DNA of 64,000 bases, from IMG/VR virus record IMGVR_UViG_3300030102_007485, positions 13,880-77,879 of that record, one strand, 5' to 3'. The stretch comes from a virus. Positions 18,851-28,597 of the stretch are shown piece after piece. Every line of letters starts with the position of its first letter. The first letter of the stretch is position 1. A program made the position numbers and the translations under genes. The notes beneath the pieces were generated by a model that was not told the DNA's origin, made no database searches, and saw only the letters and a list, made by a program, of their open reading frames with translations.

Positions 18851-19683
18851 AAATAGGATTTTTGTCAGATTTTTTTGAGCAACACTTGCTTGGCGGCGCT
18901 GAACTGAATGATGGTGTTTTGATAGATCACTTACAGAAAAGTCATCAAGTTATCCGCTTGATTAGTTCTGCTACAACCAAATCTGACATTGATTCTGTTG
19001 ATTTTGTAATAGTCTCCAATTTCGCAAGTGCGAACCCTCAGTTGCTAGACTACATCATATTTTCTAAACCTTATTTGGTGTACGAGCATGATCACAAATA
19101 TGTTACAAATAGGGATCCATCTAAATTCAAAAATTTTAATATCCCAAACGAATTTATTGTAAATAGGGAGTTGTACGCTTCGGCAAGAAAAGTAGTTTGT
19201 CTGAGCAGTAGTCAGACTTCTATAATTGAATCAAATTTAGGTTTAAAGAATTTGGAAAATATATCTTGTAGTTTGTGGAGTCAAAAGAGACTAAACCTTC
19301 TAAGAGAACTTAGTAAGGTTGAAAAAAATCAAATTTTTGCAATAATGGATTCTGCCAATCCTATAAAAAATACTGTGCTCGCTCAAAAGATGTGTGAACA
19401 AAAAAGCATTCCTTACGAACTTATAAGCAGTAAAGACCAAGAGCAGTTTATAAGAATTCTATCTAGGTATGAGGGTTTGGTATTTATCCCTGGCGTTCTG
19501 GAGTCGTTGTCTCGATTGGTTACCGAGGCAAAAATGATGAATTGTAAAATAATTACAACTCCAAAGATGCTGGGTGCTTCTTACGAAGATTGGTTTTCTC
19601 TCTCTGGTGAACCCCTTATAGACGTCATAGAGGAGAACGTCGCCCGTGCATTGAATCTTTTTGGAGAAATTATAGAACAATGA
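18847..19683 (+). CDS. GT-B glycosyltransferase-like protein (GTG start 18847)
   Basis: GGAELND, ESLSRLVTEAK. Confidence 0.75.
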   Translation: MKIGFLSDFFEQHLLGGAELNDGVLIDHLQKSHQVIRLISSATTKSDIDSVDFVIVSNFASANPQLLDYIIFSKPYLVYEHDHKYVTNRDPSKFKNFNIPNEFIVNRELYASARKVVCLSSSQTSIIESNLGLKNLENISCSLWSQKRLNLLRELSKVEKNQIFAIMDSANPIKNTVLAQKMCEQKSIPYELISSKDQEQFIRILSRYEGLVFIPGVLESLSRLVTEAKMMNCKIITTPKMLGASYEDWFSLSGEPLIDVIEENVARALNLFGEIIEQ

Positions 19684-20588
19684 TTGTTATAACTGGAGCA
19701 AATGGGTTTATAGGCAAGAACTTGTTGAAAAGTTTTCCTAAAAATCAAGACATTATTGCTGTTGATTACTCACACAATAATCTAAAGCAGGAAATAAAGC
19801 AACGAAAAAAGCATTTATATTTGTTAAGTCCAAAGGACTTTTTGGACATGTTTAGATCAGGACCTTGTTCGATAAGTTTTGTGTTTCACCAAGGTGCTTG
19901 CACAGATACTACCTGCCACGACACAGCGTACATGCTTGAAAGAAACTACGACTACACGTACAAACTAATAAACTTATGCGTGTCATCCTCAACACCTTTA
20001 GTGTATGCAAGTTCTGCCTCGGTTTATGGTGACGGACCTTTTAGCGAAACGTCTCAAATGAATCCTAAAAACATTTATGCAAAATCAAAAAGTATGATCG
20101 ACGATTATGTGTCCGTTATAAGTCAGACCACTAAATCGCAAATTACCGGACTGAGGTATTTTAACGTGTATGGTCCCTTTGAAGAGAGCAAGGGTAAAAT
20201 GTCTTCTGTATTGAATCAGTTTAAAAAGCAGATCGATACAACGGGAACTATAAAAATATTTGAAAACAGTCAGGCATATAAAAGAGATTTTATATTTGTG
20301 AATGATATTGTAAAAATAAACAAGCATTTTTATGAAAGCGGACATTCGGGTATATTCAATTGTGGCACCGGACAGGCAGAAAGATTTACTGAAATACCAA
20401 GAGTCTTAAAAAAATATTATGAGTTTGATATAATTGAGATACCAATGCCGCAAACTTTGATTGGTAAATATCAAGAGTTTACAGAATCTGACACAGCAAA
20501 TCTGAGAGGTTTTGGGGAATACAAGGAGGGGTTCCTTTCCCTTGAGCAGGGAATTGAGGAGTACGTCAAATATTGGGAAAAAGAGTAG
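19680..20588 (+). CDS. hldD: ADP-L-glycero-D-manno-heptose 6-epimerase
   Basis: VITGANGFIG, FHQGACTDT, YASSASVYG, YAKSK, LRYFNVYG, KGKMSS, YQEFTESD. Confidence 0.92.
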   Translation: MIVITGANGFIGKNLLKSFPKNQDIIAVDYSHNNLKQEIKQRKKHLYLLSPKDFLDMFRSGPCSISFVFHQGACTDTTCHDTAYMLERNYDYTYKLINLCVSSSTPLVYASSASVYGDGPFSETSQMNPKNIYAKSKSMIDDYVSVISQTTKSQITGLRYFNVYGPFEESKGKMSSVLNQFKKQIDTTGTIKIFENSQAYKRDFIFVNDIVKINKHFYESGHSGIFNCGTGQAERFTEIPRVLKKYYEFDIIEIPMPQTLIGKYQEFTESDTANLRGFGEYKEGFLSLEQGIEEYVKYWEKE

Positions 20589-20977
20589 CGTTTGTTAACG
20601 GGTGTTTTGATGTTTTACACTTTGGTCATTTGAAGTTGTTAGAGTTTGCCCGCAATGATGCGGATTTTTTAATTGTGGCAATCGACAGCGATTCTCGTGT
20701 AAAAGAGTCAAAGGGTGACTCAAGACCCTTCAACAAGCAAGAGGTAAGAAAATACTTTTTACAGTCCTTGAGGTTTGTAGATCGTGTAGAGGTTTTTGCA
20801 TCGGATTCAGAACTTGAGCAACTAGTTAGGTTGAACAATCCAGATGTGATGATCGTTGGGTCTGATTATCGCAATAAAACGGTGATTGGTTCCCAATATG
20901 CTAAGGAACTAAAGTTTTTTGAGAGAATAGATGACCATTCAACAACAAAAATATTGCAGCATACTTCTAATAGGTGA
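20573..20977 (+). CDS. rfaE2: Heptose-1-phosphate adenylyltransferase (HldE C-terminal/RfaE2)
   Basis: NGCFDVLHFGH, KGDSRPFN, GSDY, STTKI. Confidence 0.9.
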   Translation: MGKRVAFVNGCFDVLHFGHLKLLEFARNDADFLIVAIDSDSRVKESKGDSRPFNKQEVRKYFLQSLRFVDRVEVFASDSELEQLVRLNNPDVMIVGSDYRNKTVIGSQYAKELKFFERIDDHSTTKILQHTSNR

Positions 20978-21728
20978 TTCGTGTGTGGACAAGTTCCACT
21001 ATGGCACTTGTGATAGGATAAGTCCAGAGGCACCAGTATCTGTATTTAAGCATATTAAGACTGAAGAAAGAGACGGCATGTGCCTGAATGTCAAGATGAA
21101 TCTATTGGCATTCGGTTTTGCAGAAATTTCTGTTATTACCAATGCAGAGAGTATTTCCAAGGAAAGGTTTATAGATGCCAATTCTGGACAGCATTTATTG
21201 AGAACTGATTTCGGTGAAAGGGAGAAATTAAAACCCTTTATGGTTACCTCAAATGTAGAGAAGGATATAGCAGGTTATGACTATGTGGTTATTTCGGACT
21301 ATGAAAAAGGGTTTATTACCTATGAGACCGCTGAGAAAATAGTCACTTCATGTGTTAAAAATGGTGTTCCTGTTTTTGTTGACTCTAAAAAGCGAGACCT
21401 GTCTTGTTTTGACGGTGCAATTATAAAAATAAATGAAAAAGAATTCGATGTCCTAGATAAGACAACTGTCAATAAGGAAAACTTGGTTGTTACTTATGGA
21501 AAGGGCGGCGCGAAATGGAAAGGGATTTCTTATCCCACCAACGTGGTAGAAGTCTCAGATGTGAGTGGTGCAGGAGATACCTTTCTTGCCGCATTGGTCT
21601 ATGGACACTACGCGTTTGGAAGTATGGACGAAGCAATAAGGTTAGCAAACAGGTGTTCCGGGTTTGTTGTTCAGAAAAGTGGAACGTATGCGCTGAGTTG
21701 GCAAGATGTACAAGACATATGTAATTGA
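20931..21728 (+). CDS. rfaE1: Heptose-7-phosphate kinase (HldE N-terminal/RfaE1, PfkB family)
   Basis: RISPEAPV, ISDYEKG, DVSGAGDTF. Confidence 0.9.
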   Translation: MTIQQQKYCSILLIGDSCVDKFHYGTCDRISPEAPVSVFKHIKTEERDGMCLNVKMNLLAFGFAEISVITNAESISKERFIDANSGQHLLRTDFGEREKLKPFMVTSNVEKDIAGYDYVVISDYEKGFITYETAEKIVTSCVKNGVPVFVDSKKRDLSCFDGAIIKINEKEFDVLDKTTVNKENLVVTYGKGGAKWKGISYPTNVVEVSDVSGAGDTFLAALVYGHYAFGSMDEAIRLANRCSGFVVQKSGTYALSWQDVQDICN

Positions 21729-22047
21729 TATAGACGGTACAATATGTACCAAAACTGATGGAGATTATCGAGATGCCCGCCCTTTTGAAGACAGGATTGC
21801 GGTGCTAAACGAATTGCATGATCGAGGTCATCAGATAATATATTTAACCGCTAGGGGAATGGGTCGCTTTAACAATGATGAATATTTGGCGAATAGGATG
21901 TTTTACAAACTTACAAAAGATCAACTAGAGCAGTGGGGTGTCAAGTATACTTCCCTGTTTTTGGGCAAACCCGCGGGAGATATATATGTCGATGACAAAG
22001 GGTGCAGTGACGTTGATTTCTTTAGTACCAGGAGATTTGAACAATGA
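21706..22047 (+). CDS. Small HAD phosphatase
   Basis: DIDGTIC, TARG, GKP..DIYVDDK. Confidence 0.85.
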   Translation: MYKTYVIDIDGTICTKTDGDYRDARPFEDRIAVLNELHDRGHQIIYLTARGMGRFNNDEYLANRMFYKLTKDQLEQWGVKYTSLFLGKPAGDIYVDDKGCSDVDFFSTRRFEQ

Positions 22048-22409
22048 CCGACAAAACACATTTGGATATGCATTTTGTCCCAAAGGGTTGGGGGTTTGAG
22101 AAGTGGATTGTAAACTGTGATGAGTATTGTGGTAAGTTATTGTATTTTGTAAAGGGTAAAAGGTGCTCATGGCACTATCACGAATTAAAAGACGAGGTGT
22201 TCTACATACAGTCTGGAAAGATATTAGTGAAATACTCAGAGTCAGATGACATAGGATCTGCACAAGAGAGGGTCCTGGCAAGGGGTGATAACTTCCATGT
22301 ATACAGGGGATTGAGGCATCAAATGATCGCACTAGAGGACACAGAATTGTTTGAGTTCTCGACACAACATTTCGATTCGGATAGTTATAGGATTCAAAAG
22401 GGGGACTAA
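22044..22409 (+). CDS. Cupin sugar isomerase-like protein
   Basis: KGWG.E, SWHYH..KDE, HQM, EFST. Confidence 0.85.
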   Translation: MTDKTHLDMHFVPKGWGFEKWIVNCDEYCGKLLYFVKGKRCSWHYHELKDEVFYIQSGKILVKYSESDDIGSAQERVLARGDNFHVYRGLRHQMIALEDTELFEFSTQHFDSDSYRIQKGD

Positions 22410-22410
22410 A

Positions 22411-23226
22411 TTGAATTATCTTTTTATATGCATGAAGCGAGGCGGGCAGCACGGTGTTGTCAATTGGTTTGCTCAACAGAACAGGCACAGTACCCTTCAC
22501 TTAAATAATTGTATCAAGGGTTGGGAGCAAAATAGACTTCTCCCTATGAAAGAGCACATGGTTGTCCACTATAGATATGCAGGACAAAACCACGATATTA
22601 AAAACTATTTTGTCGATCACAAATTTGATCCCAAGAACAGCAAAGAGTTGAGGGAGCAATTTTATAAAGCAGATTTTTCAGATGTTGTAGATAAGATTTA
22701 TAACATAGAAGATCTGACGATCAGAGAATTCAATCAAAGGCAAATGTGGGATTATGAGGACATGGGGGCAAATAGTAAGTCGATAATTATTTTGCGAGAT
22801 CCGTATAACTTTATTGCCTCGTGCCTTCAGCGACTTGTGAACCCCCCTGATCCTGGCGCAACGGACGTTGGGTTAGAATTACCAAGAAGAATGGAGGATT
22901 GGAAGGAGCACGCAAAGCAGGTCTTAGACGGCACCGAGACCACCCAAGAAACAGAGTTTATTAGTTTCAATGAGTGGTTCGCCAGCAAAGATTACAGAGA
23001 GTCCATTTGTGACAATTTGGATTTGACTTTTACAGATTTTGGAATCAACGATGTTATGAATTTTGGCAGTGGTAGTTCTTTTGATAGGCAAAAGTTTGAT
23101 GGATCTGCCCAAAAGATGAGCGTCCTATCCAGGTACGAATCATGGAAAGATCATTCTGCGTTTAAGCATTTGGTAGATGATGAGGTTGAGTATTATGCAA
23201 AAGAAATTTTTGGTATAAAGTTGTGA
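22411..23226 (+). CDS. Sulfotransferase-fold protein (TTG start 22411)
   Basis: KRGGQH PAPS-loop-like motif; ILRDPYNFIAS. Confidence 0.6.
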   Translation: MNYLFICMKRGGQHGVVNWFAQQNRHSTLHLNNCIKGWEQNRLLPMKEHMVVHYRYAGQNHDIKNYFVDHKFDPKNSKELREQFYKADFSDVVDKIYNIEDLTIREFNQRQMWDYEDMGANSKSIIILRDPYNFIASCLQRLVNPPDPGATDVGLELPRRMEDWKEHAKQVLDGTETTQETEFISFNEWFASKDYRESICDNLDLTFTDFGINDVMNFGSGSSFDRQKFDGSAQKMSVLSRYESWKDHSAFKHLVDDEVEYYAKEIFGIKL

Positions 23227-23978
23227 AAGACCTTCTGATTCTTTATCCCCATGGATTGGGTGACTGTATTTTGTTGACCCCGGCGATAAGAGAGTTTTAC
23301 TACAAAACAGGTAATAAGGTACACATTGCAACTCTAGAGAGATTTAGAACAGCAAAGTTTTTTGAGAACAATCCCTATGTTGATAAAATTTTTTACACAA
23401 AGGACGCTTGGCACGATTATCCCAACTCTCAAGTAGGGTTTTTCTCTCTCAAGGAAGAATGGAAGCAGTTCGCAAAAGATAATGGATTTTCCGGGTTCGT
23501 GATGCCAATGCACTCAGAACCAATAAATAAGATAGTGCTAAACTGTCAACATCTGGGAATCACAAAGGCATCAAGTTACAAGACTGAAGTTTATACGAGC
23601 AAGCAGGATGCGGAAAGGGCAAAAGAGTTGGTGAGTAGTTTGGTGAGTGACTCAAATTATGGGTTTGTTCAGACTACAACGGGCGTCCCAAGCAAGGATC
23701 TGCCTCAAGGGTACGGCAGGAAGTACCTTAATGACATGGGTATTGAAAGTGTTATCGAGATAGGAAAAGAGATAAATTTTCTGGACGAAAACATAAACGT
23801 TCAGTTTGAGATTCTCCGCACTGCAGCAGCAGTGTGTATACCAGATTCGGTATTTTATCACGCATGTCACGCCATGGACAAGAAGGTTGATTTTGCTTAT
23901 TTTGGAAGAGGTCCTGGTGTCTACGAGAGGGTGCGCCCACTTCATGAAGTGCAAGAGAGGATAGTGTACAAATTGTAG
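23223..23978 (+). CDS. GT9 (heptosyltransferase)-like glycosyltransferase
   Basis: HGLGDCILLTPAI, NNPYVD, PDSVFYH. Confidence 0.75.
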   Translation: MKDLLILYPHGLGDCILLTPAIREFYYKTGNKVHIATLERFRTAKFFENNPYVDKIFYTKDAWHDYPNSQVGFFSLKEEWKQFAKDNGFSGFVMPMHSEPINKIVLNCQHLGITKASSYKTEVYTSKQDAERAKELVSSLVSDSNYGFVQTTTGVPSKDLPQGYGRKYLNDMGIESVIEIGKEINFLDENINVQFEILRTAAAVCIPDSVFYHACHAMDKKVDFAYFGRGPGVYERVRPLHEVQERIVYKL

Positions 23979-23988
23979 GGGGGTTAGA

Positions 23989-24588
23989 ATGTCTGATTAC
24001 ATAAAGATAATAAAAACAAATAAAAAAAATATACAATTTGACATCCGACATAGGAGTGTTATAGACAGTTTTCCTGTCTATGACCCTGTAAGAACAGTCT
24101 TAGATGTTGGGTGTGGTCACGCCGCCGTCCCTAGGGAGTTGAGTGCCATGGGATTCACTGTCGATGCCATAGACATCGAGGAGAAAAGCAGTTGGAGTGA
24201 ACCCACAGGCGTAAATTTTATTCAGGATGATTTTATGGTTTCTAATAAGATTAAAAATGAGTATGACGTTGTTATGTGTTGTGAGGTGTTGGAGCATTTG
24301 ACAAATTACAAAGAATTTTTTAACAAACTAATCAGTCTCGCAAAGCACAGACTGATCATCACTGTACCTTGGGAAAGATCCTACGACATGCCAGGTGATC
24401 CACCCATAGGTCATTGTAATTTTTGGTCAGATCAAGAAACTGGTAGTTTTAAGTCGATTGATGAGTTTTTGGATTTTGCAGAACCCTATTCTGTTTCCAT
24501 ATCAAAAATCTTAACAAAACCAAGAGATGTTTCTATGAAGCAAAAGGATTACCTAATCATCATAGACAAAAGGCAGACACATGGTTAG
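23989..24588 (+). CDS. Class I SAM-dependent methyltransferase
   Basis: VLDVGCG, CEVLEHL, ITVP. Confidence 0.9.
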   Translation: MSDYIKIIKTNKKNIQFDIRHRSVIDSFPVYDPVRTVLDVGCGHAAVPRELSAMGFTVDAIDIEEKSSWSEPTGVNFIQDDFMVSNKIKNEYDVVMCCEVLEHLTNYKEFFNKLISLAKHRLIITVPWERSYDMPGDPPIGHCNFWSDQETGSFKSIDEFLDFAEPYSVSISKILTKPRDVSMKQKDYLIIIDKRQTHG

Positions 24589-25453
24589 TGTCCTATTCGT
24601 GGGAGTTTTTGATAAAACCCGAACCTCAACAAATACATCTCAAATATTGTCATTTAAGAACATAGGTTGCGAGGTTGTTGGATATGACTATAGAAGGCGC
24701 GCACTAGAAATTGGCAATTCCAATAGAGACGTTGAGATTGTAGACCTTGTGAGGAAGAGGTCGTTTGACCTTGTTGTTTACAGTAAGTGTAGTGAGGTTT
24801 CAAGTGAAGTCTTTGTTGAAAATGCAAAAACAACTAAAACATGTATGTGGTTTATGGACCCGCTTATTTCATACAGCGACGAGATGCGCCAAAAAACTCG
24901 ACTAGTAGACTATTTTTGTTGTGATAAGGAGAATGTGCTGGAAGAGGCAAAAAAATATAATGAAAAAAGTTTTCATGTGTGCGAAGGGTACGATGAAGAA
25001 GTAGACAAACCAGTGCATGTAGATGTCAAGTACGATGTCAGTTTTATAGGCGATACATATGGTGATCGACTATCAAAGATCCGCAACATAAACACCCCAG
25101 TTCAGGTTATCAATGGTGTTTATGGTAAGAAACACGCTGAAGCGGTTTGCAGTACAAGGATAAATTTAAACTTTTGCACCTCAGACGGCGCTTCTGACAG
25201 GGTTTACAAGATCATGGCATCCGGTGGGTTTTTGTTGTCTGATGATTGGAAAGGTCGCGAAAAACACTTTAAAGATGGTCAAGAAATTGTTATATTTAAA
25301 TCTGTGGAAGATCTCAACGAAAAGATAGATTATTATCTAAAAAATCCACAACAAAGAAAAGACATAGCAAACAGTGCTTTGAAGAAAGTTAAAAAATTCA
25401 ATAGAGCAAACTGGGCAAAAAGAATAATCGACATATATGAGCAAATTAGATAA
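24581..25453 (+). CDS. CgeB-like GT-B glycosyltransferase
   Basis: YDVSFIG, SDRVY..MASGGFLLS. Confidence 0.8.
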   Translation: MVSVLFVGVFDKTRTSTNTSQILSFKNIGCEVVGYDYRRRALEIGNSNRDVEIVDLVRKRSFDLVVYSKCSEVSSEVFVENAKTTKTCMWFMDPLISYSDEMRQKTRLVDYFCCDKENVLEEAKKYNEKSFHVCEGYDEEVDKPVHVDVKYDVSFIGDTYGDRLSKIRNINTPVQVINGVYGKKHAEAVCSTRINLNFCTSDGASDRVYKIMASGGFLLSDDWKGREKHFKDGQEIVIFKSVEDLNEKIDYYLKNPQQRKDIANSALKKVKKFNRANWAKRIIDIYEQIR

Positions 25454-26261
25454 GCATTTGGTCGCTGGTCCTTGGATTGGTGAGTTTGGTTGGGAATTAT
25501 TTGCTTGGCAGGCATACATCAGGGCAATGTCAAGACTTTATGAAAAAACAACAATAATTTGTAGAAGCAGTTCTGTGCACTTGTATGAAGATTTTTCAAA
25601 TGACTTTATTGACTGCAGTCCCACTGACGGACAAGCAGATTCTTTTTTTATGAATGGGGTAGACTTGAATTTACTTTGCAATAAAGTGCTTAGGGAGAAT
25701 CGTCAACTTCTAGGTCCAAAAACAGTGTTTGTGCCACCCAGGCGAGTGGGTTTTCCGCCACAAACCTCTTATTTGGAGGCAATTTCTTTTGGACAGCATT
25801 CTGTAAAACCGGAATATATAAAGTACGGACGTAAGAACAAGAGGCAATACGACTATGTTTTCCACATCAGGAGCAGAGAACTTAGAAAGCAGGATAATTG
25901 GAGTATTGAAAATTGGCAAAACTTAAGAAAACTTTTGGGAGACGACAAAAGAATTGCGTGCATTGGGACGAAAAGGTCTTCAGGTATCATTGGGGATGTT
26001 GACGACCTCAGAGATCAACCTCTGAAGGAGGTTTGTGATGTTCTGTACAATTCCAGTTGTGCATTTGGTCCTTCTTCTGGACCTATGCATCTTGCAAGTT
26101 TGTGTGGTACTCCACATGTTGTCTGGTCTCGACCCGAGAACAAAAATAGGTACGAAATTACATGGAATCCACTAAGTACAAAAGTGTTGTTCATGGGTGA
26201 TCATTCGTGGCATCCTAGTTCAGAGTATGTGTATGAAAATTATAAAAAATGGAGTGAGTAA
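25437..26261 (+). CDS. GT9-like glycosyltransferase
   Basis: GEFGWEL; GPSSGPMHLASLCGTP. Confidence 0.7.
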   Translation: MSKLDKHLVAGPWIGEFGWELFAWQAYIRAMSRLYEKTTIICRSSSVHLYEDFSNDFIDCSPTDGQADSFFMNGVDLNLLCNKVLRENRQLLGPKTVFVPPRRVGFPPQTSYLEAISFGQHSVKPEYIKYGRKNKRQYDYVFHIRSRELRKQDNWSIENWQNLRKLLGDDKRIACIGTKRSSGIIGDVDDLRDQPLKEVCDVLYNSSCAFGPSSGPMHLASLCGTPHVVWSRPENKNRYEITWNPLSTKVLFMGDHSWHPSSEYVYENYKKWSE

Positions 26262-27863
26262 GTGAAGATAGTAGGTTTTCAGTCTGGACATGATGTTTCG
26301 TACTGTATTTTAGAAAATGGAGTGCCCATAGTGCACGAAGAGTTGGAGAGGGTCATAAGAAAGAAAGAACCAGGTGGTGATGGTTTAGAATTCTTTTTTG
26401 AAAGAAACAAAGATTTGCAGGATATCAAGCATTTCGCCTTTGGTTGTTTTGGTTCGAGGAGCGAGTATTGGTCTAAGCGAGCGCGATTTGATCCATTTAA
26501 AAAAGAGTTTGATAAAAAAATGAAGGACGTTTTGAGGTCGTCTGGAGGGAGGTATTATGAACTGGGTCACCATTTGAGTCATGCAGCAAACGCATACTAT
26601 ACAAGTCCATTTGATGAGGCAATGATAATAACAGTCGATGGAGGCGGTTCAGAGTCTCCTGGACAAACAACCGCACTGACTATAAATTATGGCATACAAA
26701 ACAAGATAAATAGACTACACATATATCCAGAACATCAGGTAAATTTAGGGAGTTTATGGTTCAAATTTACAGGAGAGATCTTTGGTCTTTCCACTGGTTA
26801 TCCAATAGGAAATCAGGCAGGTTCGGTCATGGCAATGGCAACCATGGGTGAGGCAAAGTACCTAGACTTGATGCACCTAAACATGGCGTACGATACAAAT
26901 ATGCCTAATTTTATAAAATTAAAAGAAATTGCTTCAAGGTCAGAACAAGACTCTTTTGATGTCGCAGCAACTTTGCAAGTCTATACAGAGACTACATTTA
27001 GAGATGCAATAGAGTTTTGGATGAACAAGTACAAACCCAACAATGTCTGCTTTTCGGGAGGAGTGTCTCTTAATTGTGTAATGCTTGGTAAAATAAAAGA
27101 CTGGTTTCCTTTTGTAAAGCATATTTTTTGTGACCCTGTGCCTTATGACGGCGGATTATCGCTAGGATCAGCAAGGTATGTCTGGCATCACTTGTTGGAT
27201 AATCCAAAAATAAAGTCTGCGGAAAATATGACGCCATATCTTGGCAGACCATACAATGAAAATGAAATCACTGCATCCATTGAGGAATACAGGTCATCAG
27301 GCAAAATAAGGACAAAAAGCACTACAGATGACGAAGTTTTAGATCTTCTTGATTCTCAAAAGATAGTTGCTGTATTTGGTGGCGCATCCGAATCTGGTCG
27401 CCGCGCTCTTGGTAATAGGAGTATACTGGCAGACCCTAGATCTGATAAGATGAAAGACACGATTAATCAGAGAGTCAAGCATCGTCAGTGGTACAGACCC
27501 TTTGCCCCTTCAATCTTGATAGAGGACACCAAGGATTGGTTTGAGGACGCCGTTTACAGTCCTTATATGTCATTTGCACTAAAATTTAAAAAAGACAAGG
27601 CGTCACAAGTCCCAGCGGTGGTGCATGAAGACGGAACAGGAAGGTTGCAAACGGTACAATCTTCTCTTAACCCATGGTACCACAATTTTATTACAAAATG
27701 GAAAGAAAAGTCAGGAGTGCCAATATTGCTGAACACCAGTTTTAATGACAGGGAACCAATAGTTGAGACTCCAGAGGATGCAATCAAGTGCTTTATTGGA
27801 ACTGATATTGATTATTTGTACTTTTATGAAACTGGTAATCTGGTCTCGAAAGGGGACGTTTAG
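26262..27863 (+). CDS. O-carbamoyltransferase (NodU/CmcH family)
   Basis: GHD, HHLSHAA, DGGG, GGVSLN, RALGNRSILADPR, RPFAPS, LLNTSFN. Confidence 0.93.
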   Translation: MKIVGFQSGHDVSYCILENGVPIVHEELERVIRKKEPGGDGLEFFFERNKDLQDIKHFAFGCFGSRSEYWSKRARFDPFKKEFDKKMKDVLRSSGGRYYELGHHLSHAANAYYTSPFDEAMIITVDGGGSESPGQTTALTINYGIQNKINRLHIYPEHQVNLGSLWFKFTGEIFGLSTGYPIGNQAGSVMAMATMGEAKYLDLMHLNMAYDTNMPNFIKLKEIASRSEQDSFDVAATLQVYTETTFRDAIEFWMNKYKPNNVCFSGGVSLNCVMLGKIKDWFPFVKHIFCDPVPYDGGLSLGSARYVWHHLLDNPKIKSAENMTPYLGRPYNENEITASIEEYRSSGKIRTKSTTDDEVLDLLDSQKIVAVFGGASESGRRALGNRSILADPRSDKMKDTINQRVKHRQWYRPFAPSILIEDTKDWFEDAVYSPYMSFALKFKKDKASQVPAVVHEDGTGRLQTVQSSLNPWYHNFITKWKEKSGVPILLNTSFNDREPIVETPEDAIKCFIGTDIDYLYFYETGNLVSKGDV

Positions 27864-28597
27864 TGAAAAGGTTTTTGTGCACAAGCAATAAGTATGTAGA
27901 TATTGTGGCAGATCACGCGCTTCTTTATAATAAGTTCTCTTCAGAAAGGAGGGAAGTAGAAGTCTTAGGGTTTGACCCTCCCTCGGTTGAATATCCGGAT
28001 AATTACAAGTTTGTCTCCATGGGTAAGCAAGAGGACTTTCCTAATAAGGACTGGTCTACTCCAATTTTGCCTTTTATTGATGCAATAGAGGGTAGGTGTT
28101 TTGAGTTTTGGTGGGATGACATGTTTCCAATTAGACCGTTCCGAGAAGACTTGTATGAAGAGGGGTCACGATTGATTGAGGATGGGAAGGTTCAAAAAGT
28201 CCATTTTTTCATGGGGTCGAAAGAACAATACTATTCGTGCAAACCTTATAACCAAAACTTTATGGTACTTTCGCAAGAAGCAGAGTACCGCTCAGGATTA
28301 CCCGCCGCTTTTTGGGACAAGGAATATTTTTTAAAAAACTTAAAACCAGGCATGACTCCATGGCAATATGAAATACACAATCAACCAAAAATGTATCGCG
28401 ATGGTGCGATACAATTGATACCAAAAAATGAACCAATTGTGGGATGGGTCAACATGTTTAGGCAGGGAAAGTTTAATGATTGGATGTGGAACAATTACAA
28501 GAATAGTGAAACTGGTCATTTTGCTTGGAATAAGTTTCAAAAATTGACGCCCGACGTGGCAGCAATCGTGGGATCCTATGAAGGAAAGGAATTGTGA
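27863..28597 (+). CDS. Hypothetical protein, possible GT-A-like enzyme
   Basis: WDDMF motif and TPWQYE; cluster context. Confidence 0.5.
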   Translation: MKRFLCTSNKYVDIVADHALLYNKFSSERREVEVLGFDPPSVEYPDNYKFVSMGKQEDFPNKDWSTPILPFIDAIEGRCFEFWWDDMFPIRPFREDLYEEGSRLIEDGKVQKVHFFMGSKEQYYSCKPYNQNFMVLSQEAEYRSGLPAAFWDKEYFLKNLKPGMTPWQYEIHNQPKMYRDGAIQLIPKNEPIVGWVNMFRQGKFNDWMWNNYKNSETGHFAWNKFQKLTPDVAAIVGSYEGKEL

